Counted from the stretch's first letter, positions 10,565 to 20,961 are shown. The stretch: 64,000 bases of DNA from Euryarchaeota archaeon UBA106 (GCA_002502365.1 DAOJ01000065.1:7547-71546), one strand, 5' to 3'. The notes: generated by a model from the sequence alone, not told the origin. Made by a program: numbers and translations.

Positions 10565-11518
10565 ATGGATGATGCCATCGGGGATTTACTCAAACTCCGT
10601 GGCGTCGAACTATCCAAGGCTGAGAGTGTAACCGAATCATTTGGATTCCGTTGCTTAGGCATAGCTGAAAAAATACCCGAATTACAGTCTGATAACTCCT
10701 CTTCTGTCTACGTTTGGCATATTTCCAAAGGTATTCTTCCAGTTAGTGTAGCAGAAGCTGAGAGATGGTTAGTGGATGTGCCTAAAGGTGCACATTGGGT
10801 ATTGAGTGAAAGGGAGTTTCAAGAGCAAGCGAGTAAACTATTGTATTCAGAGTTAAAAATTGAACTTTGGAGTCCTAAAAAACTCAGTCAATGGATTGGT
10901 GAGGCGGTCTTGAGTGGTGAACTCACAGCCCATGCAGCTCTTTTTCCTTCTACAGAAATAACCCCTGAAGATGAAGAAAAATCTGCTTCCGCAGAAAACC
11001 TCATTGTTTTACAAGCCAAAATCAATCTTGACGAATGGAGTATTCAAAGAGGGATTGAATATCTTGATGCGAAACCTATTCTTTTACAAGCAAGGATTTG
11101 GAATATCGTTGGAGCCTTAGTTAGCCCTGATGGGGATAGGGAAGAGGGTGAATGGAGAGTTCTAGAAGACCCTTGGGCCGATCGTTTAGAGATGTATAAT
11201 TCAGAGAATGGTCTACAAAATCCACTAAACCTTAGAATAATCAATTCGCAAGAAAACAAACTTCTTTCAGAATCAGACCTAAGAGTGATGCTAGTTGGAA
11301 TTCTGGAAACACGAAAGCAAAGAAAACAACAAACCTCAGAGGGGACATCCGTTACAAGCACAATGTTAGAAAGATGGTCATTCGATTCAGAAGGTGCTCA
11401 TCTAGAATGTTTACCCGCAGCCATACCGGGCTGGATTTTAGATTATGATGGAAGAAAGGAGATACTCCATTCAAGGAATGGAAGAACATATGATCTCAGT
11501 TTCTTTGAAGCGCCATAA
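10565..11518 (+). CDS. Hypothetical protein
   Basis: 317-aa ORF; overlaps the convergent neighbour by 23 bp. Confidence 0.7.
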   Translation: MDDAIGDLLKLRGVELSKAESVTESFGFRCLGIAEKIPELQSDNSSSVYVWHISKGILPVSVAEAERWLVDVPKGAHWVLSEREFQEQASKLLYSELKIELWSPKKLSQWIGEAVLSGELTAHAALFPSTEITPEDEEKSASAENLIVLQAKINLDEWSIQRGIEYLDAKPILLQARIWNIVGALVSPDGDREEGEWRVLEDPWADRLEMYNSENGLQNPLNLRIINSQENKLLSESDLRVMLVGILETRKQRKQQTSEGTSVTSTMLERWSFDSEGAHLECLPAAIPGWILDYDGRKEILHSRNGRTYDLSFFEAP

Positions 11519-12377
11519 TTTCGTCTGTTGAAAGGGTGTCTCCAGACATCAATCTGGTCATTAGGTCTGCAACTTCCACTTGTTCTTCTTCTTCAGTGGA
11601 ACCTCCTTCTCTAGCTTCAATAGCCTTTAGCAAATCCTGCATAGAATGTATGCAACGAAGAGAAACGATGTATCTGCCGTGTAGTGAATCTGCCTCCCTC
11701 TTAGCTCTTGTTACCCCCGACTGGGCAGAATTTGCCTTTTCTCGAAGTCTATCGACTTCTTCAGATAACTCCGCCATCAGGTCATGGGCTTCTTGTGCAC
11801 CCACAACTGCTCTTTTCACCTTCTTGTGTGCATCTTCTTGTTTCTTTTCCGCATCCCGAAGTTGAATTTTTAATTCTCTAATCCCACCATCTGATTTTTT
11901 TTCCTTTGCTTCCCTTAATTCTTGGTGTAATTTCTTCATTTTGGATACAAATTCACGTTCCTTTTTTCCAAGGAATCGACCTTCGTTATACTGTCTTTCC
12001 AATCTTTCTATTTCAGTTCTGATTCTACCTGGAGATCTTGTTCTGTCCAATTTCTGTTCTCTTTCATCTTTAGCACCGTTTTCAGCGATTTTTTCTCTGA
12101 AAACGGTTCTAATTTCTCTCAGAGTTTCAGTTCTTTCCGCTCTCAAGTCCTTTAACTCGCGAACGGTTTGATTTGCTTCATCTCTAAGTGACTTTTGATT
12201 TTGAACTTCGGTAATCAATTCCTTTACTTGACGATTTAATTCATTTCTCTCATCTAATAATTTGCGGACCTTAGAATTCCATTGGTCTCTCTCTTCTCGA
12301 TTGTAGGATATTTGTTCTTGTACATCATCACAAAGAGGTTGTAAAATGCCGCGAATTTCCTCGCTTTCCATCTTCAT
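11496..12377 (-). CDS. Archaeal coiled-coil protein (COG1340-like)
   Basis: Heptad-rich E/K/R sequence, RDQWNSKVR...RDEANQTVRELK; C-terminal LMSGDTLSTDEIMALQ resembles the family's GEKLTTEEL motif. Confidence 0.8.
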   Translation of the reverse strand: MKMESEEIRGILQPLCDDVQEQISYNREERDQWNSKVRKLLDERNELNRQVKELITEVQNQKSLRDEANQTVRELKDLRAERTETLREIRTVFREKIAENGAKDEREQKLDRTRSPGRIRTEIERLERQYNEGRFLGKKEREFVSKMKKLHQELREAKEKKSDGGIRELKIQLRDAEKKQEDAHKKVKRAVVGAQEAHDLMAELSEEVDRLREKANSAQSGVTRAKREADSLHGRYIVSLRCIHSMQDLLKAIEAREGGSTEEEEQVEVADLMTRLMSGDTLSTDEIMALQRN

Positions 12378-12441
12378 TGAATCAACCTCTCAATATTTCG
12401 TCCTATGGTTTGCATATAAGGGCATTTGGTAAAGAATAATC

Positions 12442-13407
12442 TCACTCTCTTCGGGTTGCAGAATTCCCTTTCCTTGGCCCTCCACGGGTAACACCAAGTT
12501 TACGCATACCCTTTTTCCGGCCTCTTGCTCTTTTTTGTGAGGAATTATTTTCATCATTCGACTTATTCGAATTTTCTGTAATTTCAGTAAGCCCACCAGA
12601 TTCCAGTAGTGCAGACAATTCATTAGTGTTTAAGGCGCCCCCTGTACTAGCTCTATTTTTTACATCTGTGAGCCGTATTTTCTTTCCTTGTTGGGATGTA
12701 ATTTTTAGATATGAACGAATTCTTCCTGATTCTTTGCGTAGTTTCCTTCGTTCAGATTTAATGACATCTAGGCGTTTATCGATACCACTAATTTCCTTAC
12801 TCATCCTCCTAATTTCCTTCCTAGTGATTTTGTTTGAATCTAATTCAGTTCCGTCAGTCACAGATTCTTCTGCATTTTGTTTTGTCTTTTTCGTTGAATC
12901 TAAATCAGTGGTAACCTTTCGTAATTTCTCTATTTGTGTCACATATCTAGTGTGGGCCTGCTCTGCTTCTCTCTTGCGAACAACTGCGGCTTGTAACTCA
13001 AAGAATCTTCTAAATGATTCCAATTCTCTATTGATCGTTGGAACTGCCGTAAGGTCGTTATCGATTGTTGTTAACTTAGAATATGTGTCAGCCATCCATT
13101 CTTCCAAGACAGAAGCAGGTGGTGGGATGGAAATATTGACCTTATCTCGTAATTGCCTTTCTTTGTCGGCTTTTTTCTTAATTTCGTGAAACTCTCTCAA
13201 TAAATTACGTCTTTCCCCATCCGCTTCTTCTATACCACCAACAGCCGATCTTAATGATTTGACAATTTCAACCTGGGAGCGTCGCTCTTGTTTTAGGGAA
13301 TTAAATTCATCATCAAGAGAGCGTAAATCTCTCTCCAATTGTTTGGACTTTTCATCGATTTCGACATGAGGTAATGCCTCAAGGTCATCAAAAAGTCCGT
13401 CACTCAT
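12442..13407 (-). CDS. Coiled-coil protein (divergent COG1340-like)
   Basis: Coiled-coil composition; GGALNTNELSALL motif; basic tail. Confidence 0.7.
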   Translation of the reverse strand: MSDGLFDDLEALPHVEIDEKSKQLERDLRSLDDEFNSLKQERRSQVEIVKSLRSAVGGIEEADGERRNLLREFHEIKKKADKERQLRDKVNISIPPPASVLEEWMADTYSKLTTIDNDLTAVPTINRELESFRRFFELQAAVVRKREAEQAHTRYVTQIEKLRKVTTDLDSTKKTKQNAEESVTDGTELDSNKITRKEIRRMSKEISGIDKRLDVIKSERRKLRKESGRIRSYLKITSQQGKKIRLTDVKNRASTGGALNTNELSALLESGGLTEITENSNKSNDENNSSQKRARGRKKGMRKLGVTRGGPRKGNSATRRE

Positions 13408-14303
13408 TCTTCTTCAGCCCCTGGATTCGACGACTTAGATTGTTTTGACTTTATATTCTTGGTTGAAGCGTTATTTGTTTTTCTTCGAGCGAAACTGGAA
13501 TCGCCTCCCTGTTTCACTCTTTTCATATCCTTAAGCAGGTCTGGGTAACCTACTCCTAATTCACTATAGCCATCGGATAATCTACGGCCCCAATGTTCTA
13601 TCGCATAATCAGATTGGGAAAGTAATTCCTTTGCTCTATCCAATTGTCTTCTCAATTCTCGAAGCTCAGATTGTAGTGCTACCTTTTTGTCGTGCAAAGG
13701 CTGTGCCTTTTCAACGGCTTTAATCATATTTTTATGAGCCCTATTTGCAATGGAAAATAAATGAGAAACTTCTCTTCTAGAGTCAATATATTCGGCCATT
13801 TCAGGATTCGAATCCCTTCTTTCTCGGAGCCATTTTTCATTTTGCTCGATCAATTTTTTCCTACGATCAATCATCTTCCTTTCGGCCTTATGGTCCAAGG
13901 CAGAGGTCTGAATTTGCTCTTCAATATCCTCTAATTCTTCGAATAATTTTTCTTTTTTCCAATCAGGATCAAGATTAACCATCCCGCCAGATTCTACCAA
14001 AACATCTCGATGCCCTTTGACTTTGGGAATTAAATCTCTTGCTTTAATTTGCGCTTGATCTCTTTCATCCTTTAATTGGGCTACTAATTCGTTAGCTCTC
14101 TTGTGTGTTTCAACAGATCGAGATACCTTTGGTGTTAAATTCTGTTCCTCAGCCTCCAAGGTTCTGATTACTGTAGGCAACTGGTCATTCAACAACATCC
14201 TTCGGTTCAACAAGGCCTGCGCTAACTGATCGGGCGTTACTGCCAAGAGAGCCTCAGAGTCCATATGCATGCGGCGCAAATTAGAATCTGCCATAAAGGT
14301 CAC
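13404..14303 (-). CDS. Coiled-coil protein (COG1340-like)
   Basis: ANELVAQLKDERD, IEEQIQTSALDHKAERKMI; 4-bp overlap with the next gene. Confidence 0.72.
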   Translation of the reverse strand: MTFMADSNLRRMHMDSEALLAVTPDQLAQALLNRRMLLNDQLPTVIRTLEAEEQNLTPKVSRSVETHKRANELVAQLKDERDQAQIKARDLIPKVKGHRDVLVESGGMVNLDPDWKKEKLFEELEDIEEQIQTSALDHKAERKMIDRRKKLIEQNEKWLRERRDSNPEMAEYIDSRREVSHLFSIANRAHKNMIKAVEKAQPLHDKKVALQSELRELRRQLDRAKELLSQSDYAIEHWGRRLSDGYSELGVGYPDLLKDMKRVKQGGDSSFARRKTNNASTKNIKSKQSKSSNPGAEEE

Positions 14304-14360
14304 TACGTGACCTATTTTTGGGGTTTCCTTGATAGGTAGACCTGCTCCGACTTCTCGCCA

Positions 14361-16253
14361 ATGCAGGCAAGCCTTAGTCGAAGCAGCATGTTTGTATTGG
14401 TAGCATCAATAATTCTAGTGACGCTATTTTCGATTAATGTCAGTGCAGAGGAACGATTTACAATAGAAAACCCATTGGATTGGGATACCACTCTAATCGA
14501 TGCATCTACATCAGAGCCATCTGGAAACGATTCTGCATATGCTGGAGATTACATCCTTATCTCAATTGAAATCGATAATACAGATACAACTGCCGGCCAT
14601 GATGAGTGGTGGTTCATAATGGGGATTCAAGGCCAGTCCTCTCCCGAATTGACGGGTTTCCTTGAGGGGTCACAAGATGTTGTTTTGGTTAATTTCTCCT
14701 TTGGACCTCTTTCTGAGGGAGTCTTGCTTCTTACATTCGGCATAGAATCTTCTGGTCAAAATAAGAGTCTAACTTTGGAAGTGGAACCAAATCCGATTAA
14801 TCTCACAGCTGCAGGCTCACCTGAGATAGCAATAACAGGTGAGCCTGTTCACAAGGGAGATACGTTAACCGCCTCAATTTTAGTCCATAACCAAGGTAAC
14901 TCACCTCAAATAGTCAGTCTTCAAATTATTCAAGGCAACCTAAGTCCTATTCAAGGAGCAGGGGTAGAAATCAATCCTGGGTCAAGTAGAGAAGTCTCTA
15001 CCTCTTTCCTGCCTTCATCAGTCGGCTCCTTGAATTTAGATTGGAGTGTAGTCTCCAATAGCGGAGGGGTTGCCCGTGAATTAAACGGAAGTACCACAAT
15101 AGAGGTTCTAGATTCTCAATCATTGGAACTTGTAATTGACTCTACGGATTGGGATTTAGAAAATGGATTAAATTCAGAAGTATCTCTTTATCTTAGCCAA
15201 GGTCGATCTCGAACCGTAGAGATAGAGATTTCTATAGTTGATCAGGCCATAGAATCTACACTACAAACTTTCCAATTCATGATGGATCCTGGAAAAAGAG
15301 ATTTAACACTTCCACTTGGAAATCCATCTGCTGACTCTTTGATTATCAGAGTGACTCCAATATCTTGGTTAGCCACTAATGACATAGAAATTCAAACTAC
15401 ATTAGTGCCGCCTTTGTTGGATTTGGAAGTAATTGCAGGTGTTCCAAATCCAAGTGCACCGATAGTAGGAGGGAGTTTACAACTTCCATTTAGTTTAACA
15501 AATAACGGAAATACTCCTACGCTAATGGGTGAGGCGAGGGTAGTGAGAAATTCTGACAGAATGATACTTGATTCTGTCACTGTAGAATCGGTTAATTCTG
15601 GTGGTGTTTTCAATGGTGATTTTTCGATAAATAACTGGCCTGATTCGAAGGTAGTCGAAGTAGAAATTATTTGGATTACTAGTGGTCAGACAAAAAGCAA
15701 ACTGCTAGAAATTGAAACGTTTTCTGATCCCAACGAAGACGCCGAATTGCCTTTTGATTTGATGGCGTCAATTTACGGAACTATCTCCGGCTTGGTAATT
15801 GTAATCTTCATTTTAGTGTTATACCGGACAGTTTCTGAAAACGTAGAGGACACTGGTAAATCAAGATTTAATCAATTGCGCGTCTCCCGAGGGGAGAAGA
15901 AGAAAACAAGAACCGCTGAAAAAAGAGAGGTCAACTGTCCGGAGTGCGATCAGCGATTGAATATCCCGTATTCTCATTCAGGAGCAGTCAAATGCCCTGC
16001 ATGCACATCGAGGTTTACAGTCGAAGCAATACCCACAAATGATGAGGATAAATCTCAAAATGCCTCCCCTTCAGAGCGGGAATCGATCGAAAATAATTCA
16101 GCTGTATCTAATGATTTAATTGCAATGTCTGCTACTGATATGTTATCCTGTCCTAGTTGTGACCAAACGCTCAAAGTTCCTCTTGAAAGGAGACCGGTAA
16201 AGGCAAGGTGCCCTGCTTGTCGTTCAGAATTCCTAGCCGAAGTAGGTGACTAG
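14361..16253 (+). CDS. Single-pass membrane protein: signal peptide, CARDB/Ig-like beta domains, TM helix, two C-terminal Zn ribbons
   Basis: N-terminal hydrophobic segment; ILVHNQG and LTNNGN CARDB-like motifs; TM near aa 470-490; CPEC..CPAC and CPSC..CPAC. Confidence 0.75.
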   Translation: MQASLSRSSMFVLVASIILVTLFSINVSAEERFTIENPLDWDTTLIDASTSEPSGNDSAYAGDYILISIEIDNTDTTAGHDEWWFIMGIQGQSSPELTGFLEGSQDVVLVNFSFGPLSEGVLLLTFGIESSGQNKSLTLEVEPNPINLTAAGSPEIAITGEPVHKGDTLTASILVHNQGNSPQIVSLQIIQGNLSPIQGAGVEINPGSSREVSTSFLPSSVGSLNLDWSVVSNSGGVARELNGSTTIEVLDSQSLELVIDSTDWDLENGLNSEVSLYLSQGRSRTVEIEISIVDQAIESTLQTFQFMMDPGKRDLTLPLGNPSADSLIIRVTPISWLATNDIEIQTTLVPPLLDLEVIAGVPNPSAPIVGGSLQLPFSLTNNGNTPTLMGEARVVRNSDRMILDSVTVESVNSGGVFNGDFSINNWPDSKVVEVEIIWITSGQTKSKLLEIETFSDPNEDAELPFDLMASIYGTISGLVIVIFILVLYRTVSENVEDTGKSRFNQLRVSRGEKKKTRTAEKREVNCPECDQRLNIPYSHSGAVKCPACTSRFTVEAIPTNDEDKSQNASPSERESIENNSAVSNDLIAMSATDMLSCPSCDQTLKVPLERRPVKARCPACRSEFLAEVGD

Positions 16254-16263
16254 TGGCAATTAA

Positions 16264-16929
16264 TTGAGAGGTGAGTTCCTGACTGAGTTGAGTGAGTTTG
16301 AAGAAATGTACCTCAAACGAATGTTTGAGATACACACTAAACACCCTTCAGCCATCGTCAAGACCTCTAATTTAGCAGAGATGATGGGTGTAAGTGCAGC
16401 ATCAACCACAGAAATGATTCAACGTTTAGCAAATAGGGATTTGGTGACTTACATTCCATACAAGGGTTCTCGCCTTACAACTGAAGGATTCTCCATTGCT
16501 GGCAAAATTAAACGACGTCAATTACTAATTGAAATGCTATTGACAGATGTAATTGGGTTTCAAGGTGATATTCATGCAATCGCTTGCGAAATGGAACATG
16601 CGATAAATAATGAGTTAGAAGCGGCGATAGATTCCCTCTTGGGCTATCCTGAGGAAACCAAATCAGGAGAACGTATTCCACAAGTAGCTAGACACTTTGA
16701 AACTAATATTCAAACCCCTCTTTTGCCAATATCGAATATGCCTAATGGAAGCACTGGAGAAATAGAGTTCATTGCTCTTTCAGGACAAGATTCGAAGACT
16801 TTGGATAATCTAAATTTTGGAATTGGTAATTTCGTTTCAAAAACAGATGATGATTTGTATATTGATACAAAACAAATTTCTCTTTCCGATAGTTTATCCA
16901 AGAAAATTTTAGTCAGATTAGGAGGCTGA
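16264..16929 (+). CDS. DtxR/MntR-family metal-dependent repressor
   Basis: EEMYLKRM, LAEMMGVSAASTTEMIQRL, YIPYKG, ACEMEH, FeoA-like C-terminus; start uncertain. Confidence 0.9.
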   Translation: MRGEFLTELSEFEEMYLKRMFEIHTKHPSAIVKTSNLAEMMGVSAASTTEMIQRLANRDLVTYIPYKGSRLTTEGFSIAGKIKRRQLLIEMLLTDVIGFQGDIHAIACEMEHAINNELEAAIDSLLGYPEETKSGERIPQVARHFETNIQTPLLPISNMPNGSTGEIEFIALSGQDSKTLDNLNFGIGNFVSKTDDDLYIDTKQISLSDSLSKKILVRLGG

Positions 16930-16932
16930 ATC

Positions 16933-18522
16933 ATGGAAGATGATGACACTTATAGTTTAGAGAAAGCTCTAAACTCTTTAACAGATTTACCTGCAGAGGA
17001 AGAGTCCAATCTAGAAGAACAAAGCCCACATAATCATGAATCGCAATTAGGAATAGTAGAAACTGCCCAAATCAAATCCTCTAAAATTCATAGTTTGAGA
17101 AGCCAGGAAAAAACCCTCCTCCGGATAGACCGACTACTAGTAAGTGGTGGGATTCGTTTTGTTTTGTTTTTACCGTTAATTGTAATCGTTAATTTTGGTC
17201 TTGCACACTCTTACAGAAACACTACACCAGAATGGTGGATCGAACATATGCAGGAAGTCGCACCAGTCGAAATGCACTTAGGGATACATTTCCTATCGTT
17301 ATTTATTTTAGTAGCAAACATGGCTTTGTTAATTCTGCTATTCCGTCTACTAAGTGTCACAAAAATGATTTTTCAACACGAAGCTGAGGCTCTTACAACA
17401 GCTGGATTAACATTCAAAAGTTCACACGGTTATGCCGAAATGCGTGCAACGATTAATGGCTCTAGGAGACAATTAGGTGCAACGATAACTTTCCTACTAT
17501 TTGCAATAATTTTCCTTGCTATTGCCTTATGGTTAGCACCTGATGGTGATTTGTCCCCAAGGCTTGTGGCTCTCTCAACAGGCTCTGTGCTCGCAGGTCA
17601 TGGAACCTTCCTTGTATCGAATAATTCTCGATTCAATGCCAACGAACCCTGGGGCATGCTGAATGCTTTCTCGCCTCCTATACACCCGGCATTATTGACA
17701 AGACCTTTTTCAGATGTAATTAAGGCCCATATTGACCCATTGTTGGCAGTTAGGATCTCTGAATACCTCCGCACAGTCGAAAACGAAGTTAATCCTGGTT
17801 TTTCAATGACTCAGATGCAAGAAACTCTTCTACATCTTCTACATCTAAGGAGAAGGTCATTAATTGATGAAAAGGAATTCAGAGCCGCACTTTCCGAAAT
17901 GATTGATACGGGTTCGATTGACAGATTTTTCGACCACCCAGAATTAGGTCAGGAGACTTGGGACCGCCTTTTATCGAGAGCTATGATAGATTGTGCCCCA
18001 TTTTTCCGCCTCCATGACAGGTTACATATGAGGCATCAAACCGGTAGAATAGACGATGTTTGGTTTGATGTGGATATGGAGAATTTAGTAGTTGGCCCTG
18101 CAAACTTATTTGCATTTATTCTTAATCAAACTAATGAGGTTCAAGATCTAGTTTTAAGGGTTCAAACTCCAGACTTTAGACCTAATGAATGCGAATATAG
18201 ACTCAAGGTCGACCCTCATAAATCGATTTCATTTGATGGCATTATTTCCCCTAAACTCACAGAAAATTTACCTAATTTACTTAATTCTACCAGAATAATT
18301 TGGCAGAGTTTACTTCCATCCGGAACAGGGGAATCTACCGTTACAATCCGGCTTGAAGATTTGCAAGGGAATTTAATTGCGGGTAGAGTATTAACAGTCC
18401 AAATCCGAAATGATTTGTTTACACGTCTAAGAATGACAACGGGCGCACTCTTCATATTAGGGGCTATAATTGCCATCTTGTCGCCAATATTACCATTTGT
18501 TGGTTCAGTACTTGGCCTGTGA
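16933..18522 (+). CDS. Multi-pass membrane hypothetical protein
   Basis: About 4 N-terminal hydrophobic helices, a soluble domain and a C-terminal TM. Confidence 0.75.
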   Translation: MEDDDTYSLEKALNSLTDLPAEEESNLEEQSPHNHESQLGIVETAQIKSSKIHSLRSQEKTLLRIDRLLVSGGIRFVLFLPLIVIVNFGLAHSYRNTTPEWWIEHMQEVAPVEMHLGIHFLSLFILVANMALLILLFRLLSVTKMIFQHEAEALTTAGLTFKSSHGYAEMRATINGSRRQLGATITFLLFAIIFLAIALWLAPDGDLSPRLVALSTGSVLAGHGTFLVSNNSRFNANEPWGMLNAFSPPIHPALLTRPFSDVIKAHIDPLLAVRISEYLRTVENEVNPGFSMTQMQETLLHLLHLRRRSLIDEKEFRAALSEMIDTGSIDRFFDHPELGQETWDRLLSRAMIDCAPFFRLHDRLHMRHQTGRIDDVWFDVDMENLVVGPANLFAFILNQTNEVQDLVLRVQTPDFRPNECEYRLKVDPHKSISFDGIISPKLTENLPNLLNSTRIIWQSLLPSGTGESTVTIRLEDLQGNLIAGRVLTVQIRNDLFTRLRMTTGALFILGAIIAILSPILPFVGSVLGL

Positions 18523-18567
18523 CTTTTCATCAGGTCCATTCAAGAAGCAAACACCTGTGGCCGGCCC

Positions 18568-19554
18568 GTGTCTGAAGAGGTTACCAACCCAGACGATGAC
18601 CTTAGGAGTCGTCTGCATGCAATGGAGACAAAACTCCGACGTATGAGAGATAATCGTAACAGTCACAATGAAAATGCACGTAGAGCTGCTGATTCAAGGA
18701 ATGCTGTCCAAGAGCAAGCCAAGGTAATCAGAGAATCAATCGATGAATTGAAGTTACAACAAAAGGAGATAAGAGATAAAGCACTTATTCACAAGGCCAA
18801 GCGAGATGAAATCCAAGGCCATATCCGTGAATTAATCTCCAAAAAGCGTGGTCGAAGAGATGAAGAAAGAGGTTCAAAATCAATTGTTATTGAATTGTCT
18901 GAAACGGAAGGTCAAATAGAAAGAATCGAAAGACGATTAGAAACAGATGGTCGATTAAAATTAGAGGATGAAAATAAACTCCTCAAAGAATTAAAAAAAT
19001 TAATTGGTAAGCGAAATGAACTTCTGCCAGCGGTAAAGCAACACCAAGCGATAACGATTGACCTTGGAGATATGGATGAATCCATAACACGACTCAAGGC
19101 TGAAGCAGATTCTGAACACCAATCAATGGTAGATTGCCATAAACAGGCAGATGAAGTGTGGGAGGAAATTAAACCTCTCTTTGAAGAGAGAGATTTCTTG
19201 AGAGCCGAAGGTGATAGACTTCACAACGCTTTCCTCGAGGCCCGAAAATCAGCCGATGAGGTTCATACCGAAATGAAGGTGCTTTTAGATCAAGTTAATG
19301 AAATTCGAGATTCAATCAAAGCCGCACGCGAAGAACGTGAAAAGACGATTAAAGATCATAATCAGTCCGTAAGGGATGCAATTAGGTCTCCTTCTGAAAG
19401 TGAAGAATTAGCAGGCTCCTTAGAAGAAATGTTGTTGCAGAGCGGGTCGCTTACATTGGGCGGAACCGGAATGGAAAAAGAACCAGTCACTTCAGAAGGT
19501 AAGGTTAAGAAAACCAAAAAGAGAAAGTTAGGCACCACTAGAGGAAAGGTTTGA
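18568..19554 (+). CDS. Archaeal coiled-coil protein (COG1340-like)
   Basis: RNSHNENARRAADSRN, IERIERRLET, ADSEHQ/ADEVH repeats. Confidence 0.8.
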   Translation: MSEEVTNPDDDLRSRLHAMETKLRRMRDNRNSHNENARRAADSRNAVQEQAKVIRESIDELKLQQKEIRDKALIHKAKRDEIQGHIRELISKKRGRRDEERGSKSIVIELSETEGQIERIERRLETDGRLKLEDENKLLKELKKLIGKRNELLPAVKQHQAITIDLGDMDESITRLKAEADSEHQSMVDCHKQADEVWEEIKPLFEERDFLRAEGDRLHNAFLEARKSADEVHTEMKVLLDQVNEIRDSIKAAREEREKTIKDHNQSVRDAIRSPSESEELAGSLEEMLLQSGSLTLGGTGMEKEPVTSEGKVKKTKKRKLGTTRGKV

Positions 19555-19556
19555 GA

Positions 19557-20546
19557 TTACCAGCCTCTCTCTTCTAAACGTACATCCAAGGTTTCAATTT
19601 CTAAACCAGGCATAGGTTCTCCTATCATTGCACTTGCTTCTGCAACAATCGATGGGTCTTCAAAGTGGTGAGTCGCTAGAACAATTGCTTCCGCTGTTTG
19701 CACAGGATCAGAACTCTTGAAAATCCCTGAGCCAACGAAAATACCATCCATTCCATGTTTCATCATCAATGCTGCATCCGCAGGTGTTGAAATTCCTCCT
19801 GCTGAGAATGTGACTACGGGTATTCTACCAAGCCTAGAAACATCTTCGAGAACTGCCGATACTTCTAACCTTAGTTCTTCTATAGTTCCGAAGGGTGTAT
19901 CTGCTGTCTCTAGATTGAAAGATGAGACTTTCTTGATTCGATGAAATCCTTCCATAATCGTATCAACCATTTCCTCTCTTCCATCTTTGCCAACTGATTG
20001 AGCGTGAGCGATTTCGTCAGCAACTAATCTTGCATGTTGCACTGCACTGACGACATTCCCAGTTCCAGCTTCGCCTTTTGTTCGCATCATCGCGGCACCT
20101 TCGGCTACCCTTCTTACCGCTTCACCTAAATTTGTGCAGCCGCAAACGAAAGGAACTGTGAAGTTATTCTTAGCAATGTGGAAAAAAGGATCAGCAGGAG
20201 TTAATACTTCAGATTCATCAATCATATCTGCCCCTAATGCTTCCAAGACTCTGGCTTCTTCATCATGGCCTATCCTCGCTTTTGCCATGACAGGTATTGA
20301 AGTGGTTTCTATAATTTCTTTAATCATATCAGGGTGACTCATTCGGGCAACCCCGCCGCTTGCTCGTATATCGGCAGGCACTCTCTCTAACGCCATTACG
20401 GAAACCGCTCCTGCGTCTTCGGCAATGTGTGCTTCCTCTGCGTTAACGACGTCCATTATGACTCCGCCTTCTTGCATTTTGGCGAAGCCTCTCTTCAGCA
20501 ACTCTGTGCCGTGACGCATTCCTGACAGGTCAACTCGTTGAGTCAT
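19557..20546 (-). CDS. pdxS: Pyridoxal 5'-phosphate synthase, lyase subunit
   Basis: [37 protein letters not shown]. Confidence 0.97.
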   Translation of the reverse strand: MTQRVDLSGMRHGTELLKRGFAKMQEGGVIMDVVNAEEAHIAEDAGAVSVMALERVPADIRASGGVARMSHPDMIKEIIETTSIPVMAKARIGHDEEARVLEALGADMIDESEVLTPADPFFHIAKNNFTVPFVCGCTNLGEAVRRVAEGAAMMRTKGEAGTGNVVSAVQHARLVADEIAHAQSVGKDGREEMVDTIMEGFHRIKKVSSFNLETADTPFGTIEELRLEVSAVLEDVSRLGRIPVVTFSAGGISTPADAALMMKHGMDGIFVGSGIFKSSDPVQTAEAIVLATHHFEDPSIVAEASAMIGEPMPGLEIETLDVRLEERGW

Positions 20547-20605
20547 ATATATGCCTGAGAGTAATCACTCATCAATATATGTCTAAGCCCAGCAGCGGCT
20601 AAACT

Positions 20606-20893
20606 TCAATCAGCGAGAACGGGCGAATCACCCGTGGCAATTTCCAGCTCGAGGCTTTCATTCTCATTCCTCTCGATCCATTCCATTTCTTCTTCGGGAA
20701 CATCAGTATCGGCAAAAATCGCTTCGACTGGGCATTCCGCAACACAGGCAGCACAATCAATGCATTCATCAGGGTCGATGACCAAATATGTGTCTGCTTC
20801 TTTGAAAGCCTCGACTGGACAAACTGCCACACAATCCTGATACTTGTGTCCAACACATGCGCTTGTAACTACGTGGGTCATCTTATCACTCAA
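20606..20893 (-). CDS. Dicluster (7Fe-type) ferredoxin
   Basis: DCVAVCPVE and [16 protein letters not shown]; resembles Azotobacter FdI; start TTG 20893 or ATG 20881. Confidence 0.9.
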   Translation of the reverse strand: MSDKMTHVVTSACVGHKYQDCVAVCPVEAFKEADTYLVIDPDECIDCAACVAECPVEAIFADTDVPEEEMEWIERNENESLELEIATGDSPVLAD

Positions 20894-20961
20894 ACCTCGG
20901 TGGGGGATTTAGCATAAGAATCCTTGTCAGCATTTGTAGTAAAACTCTCTCAAAGATGAGT

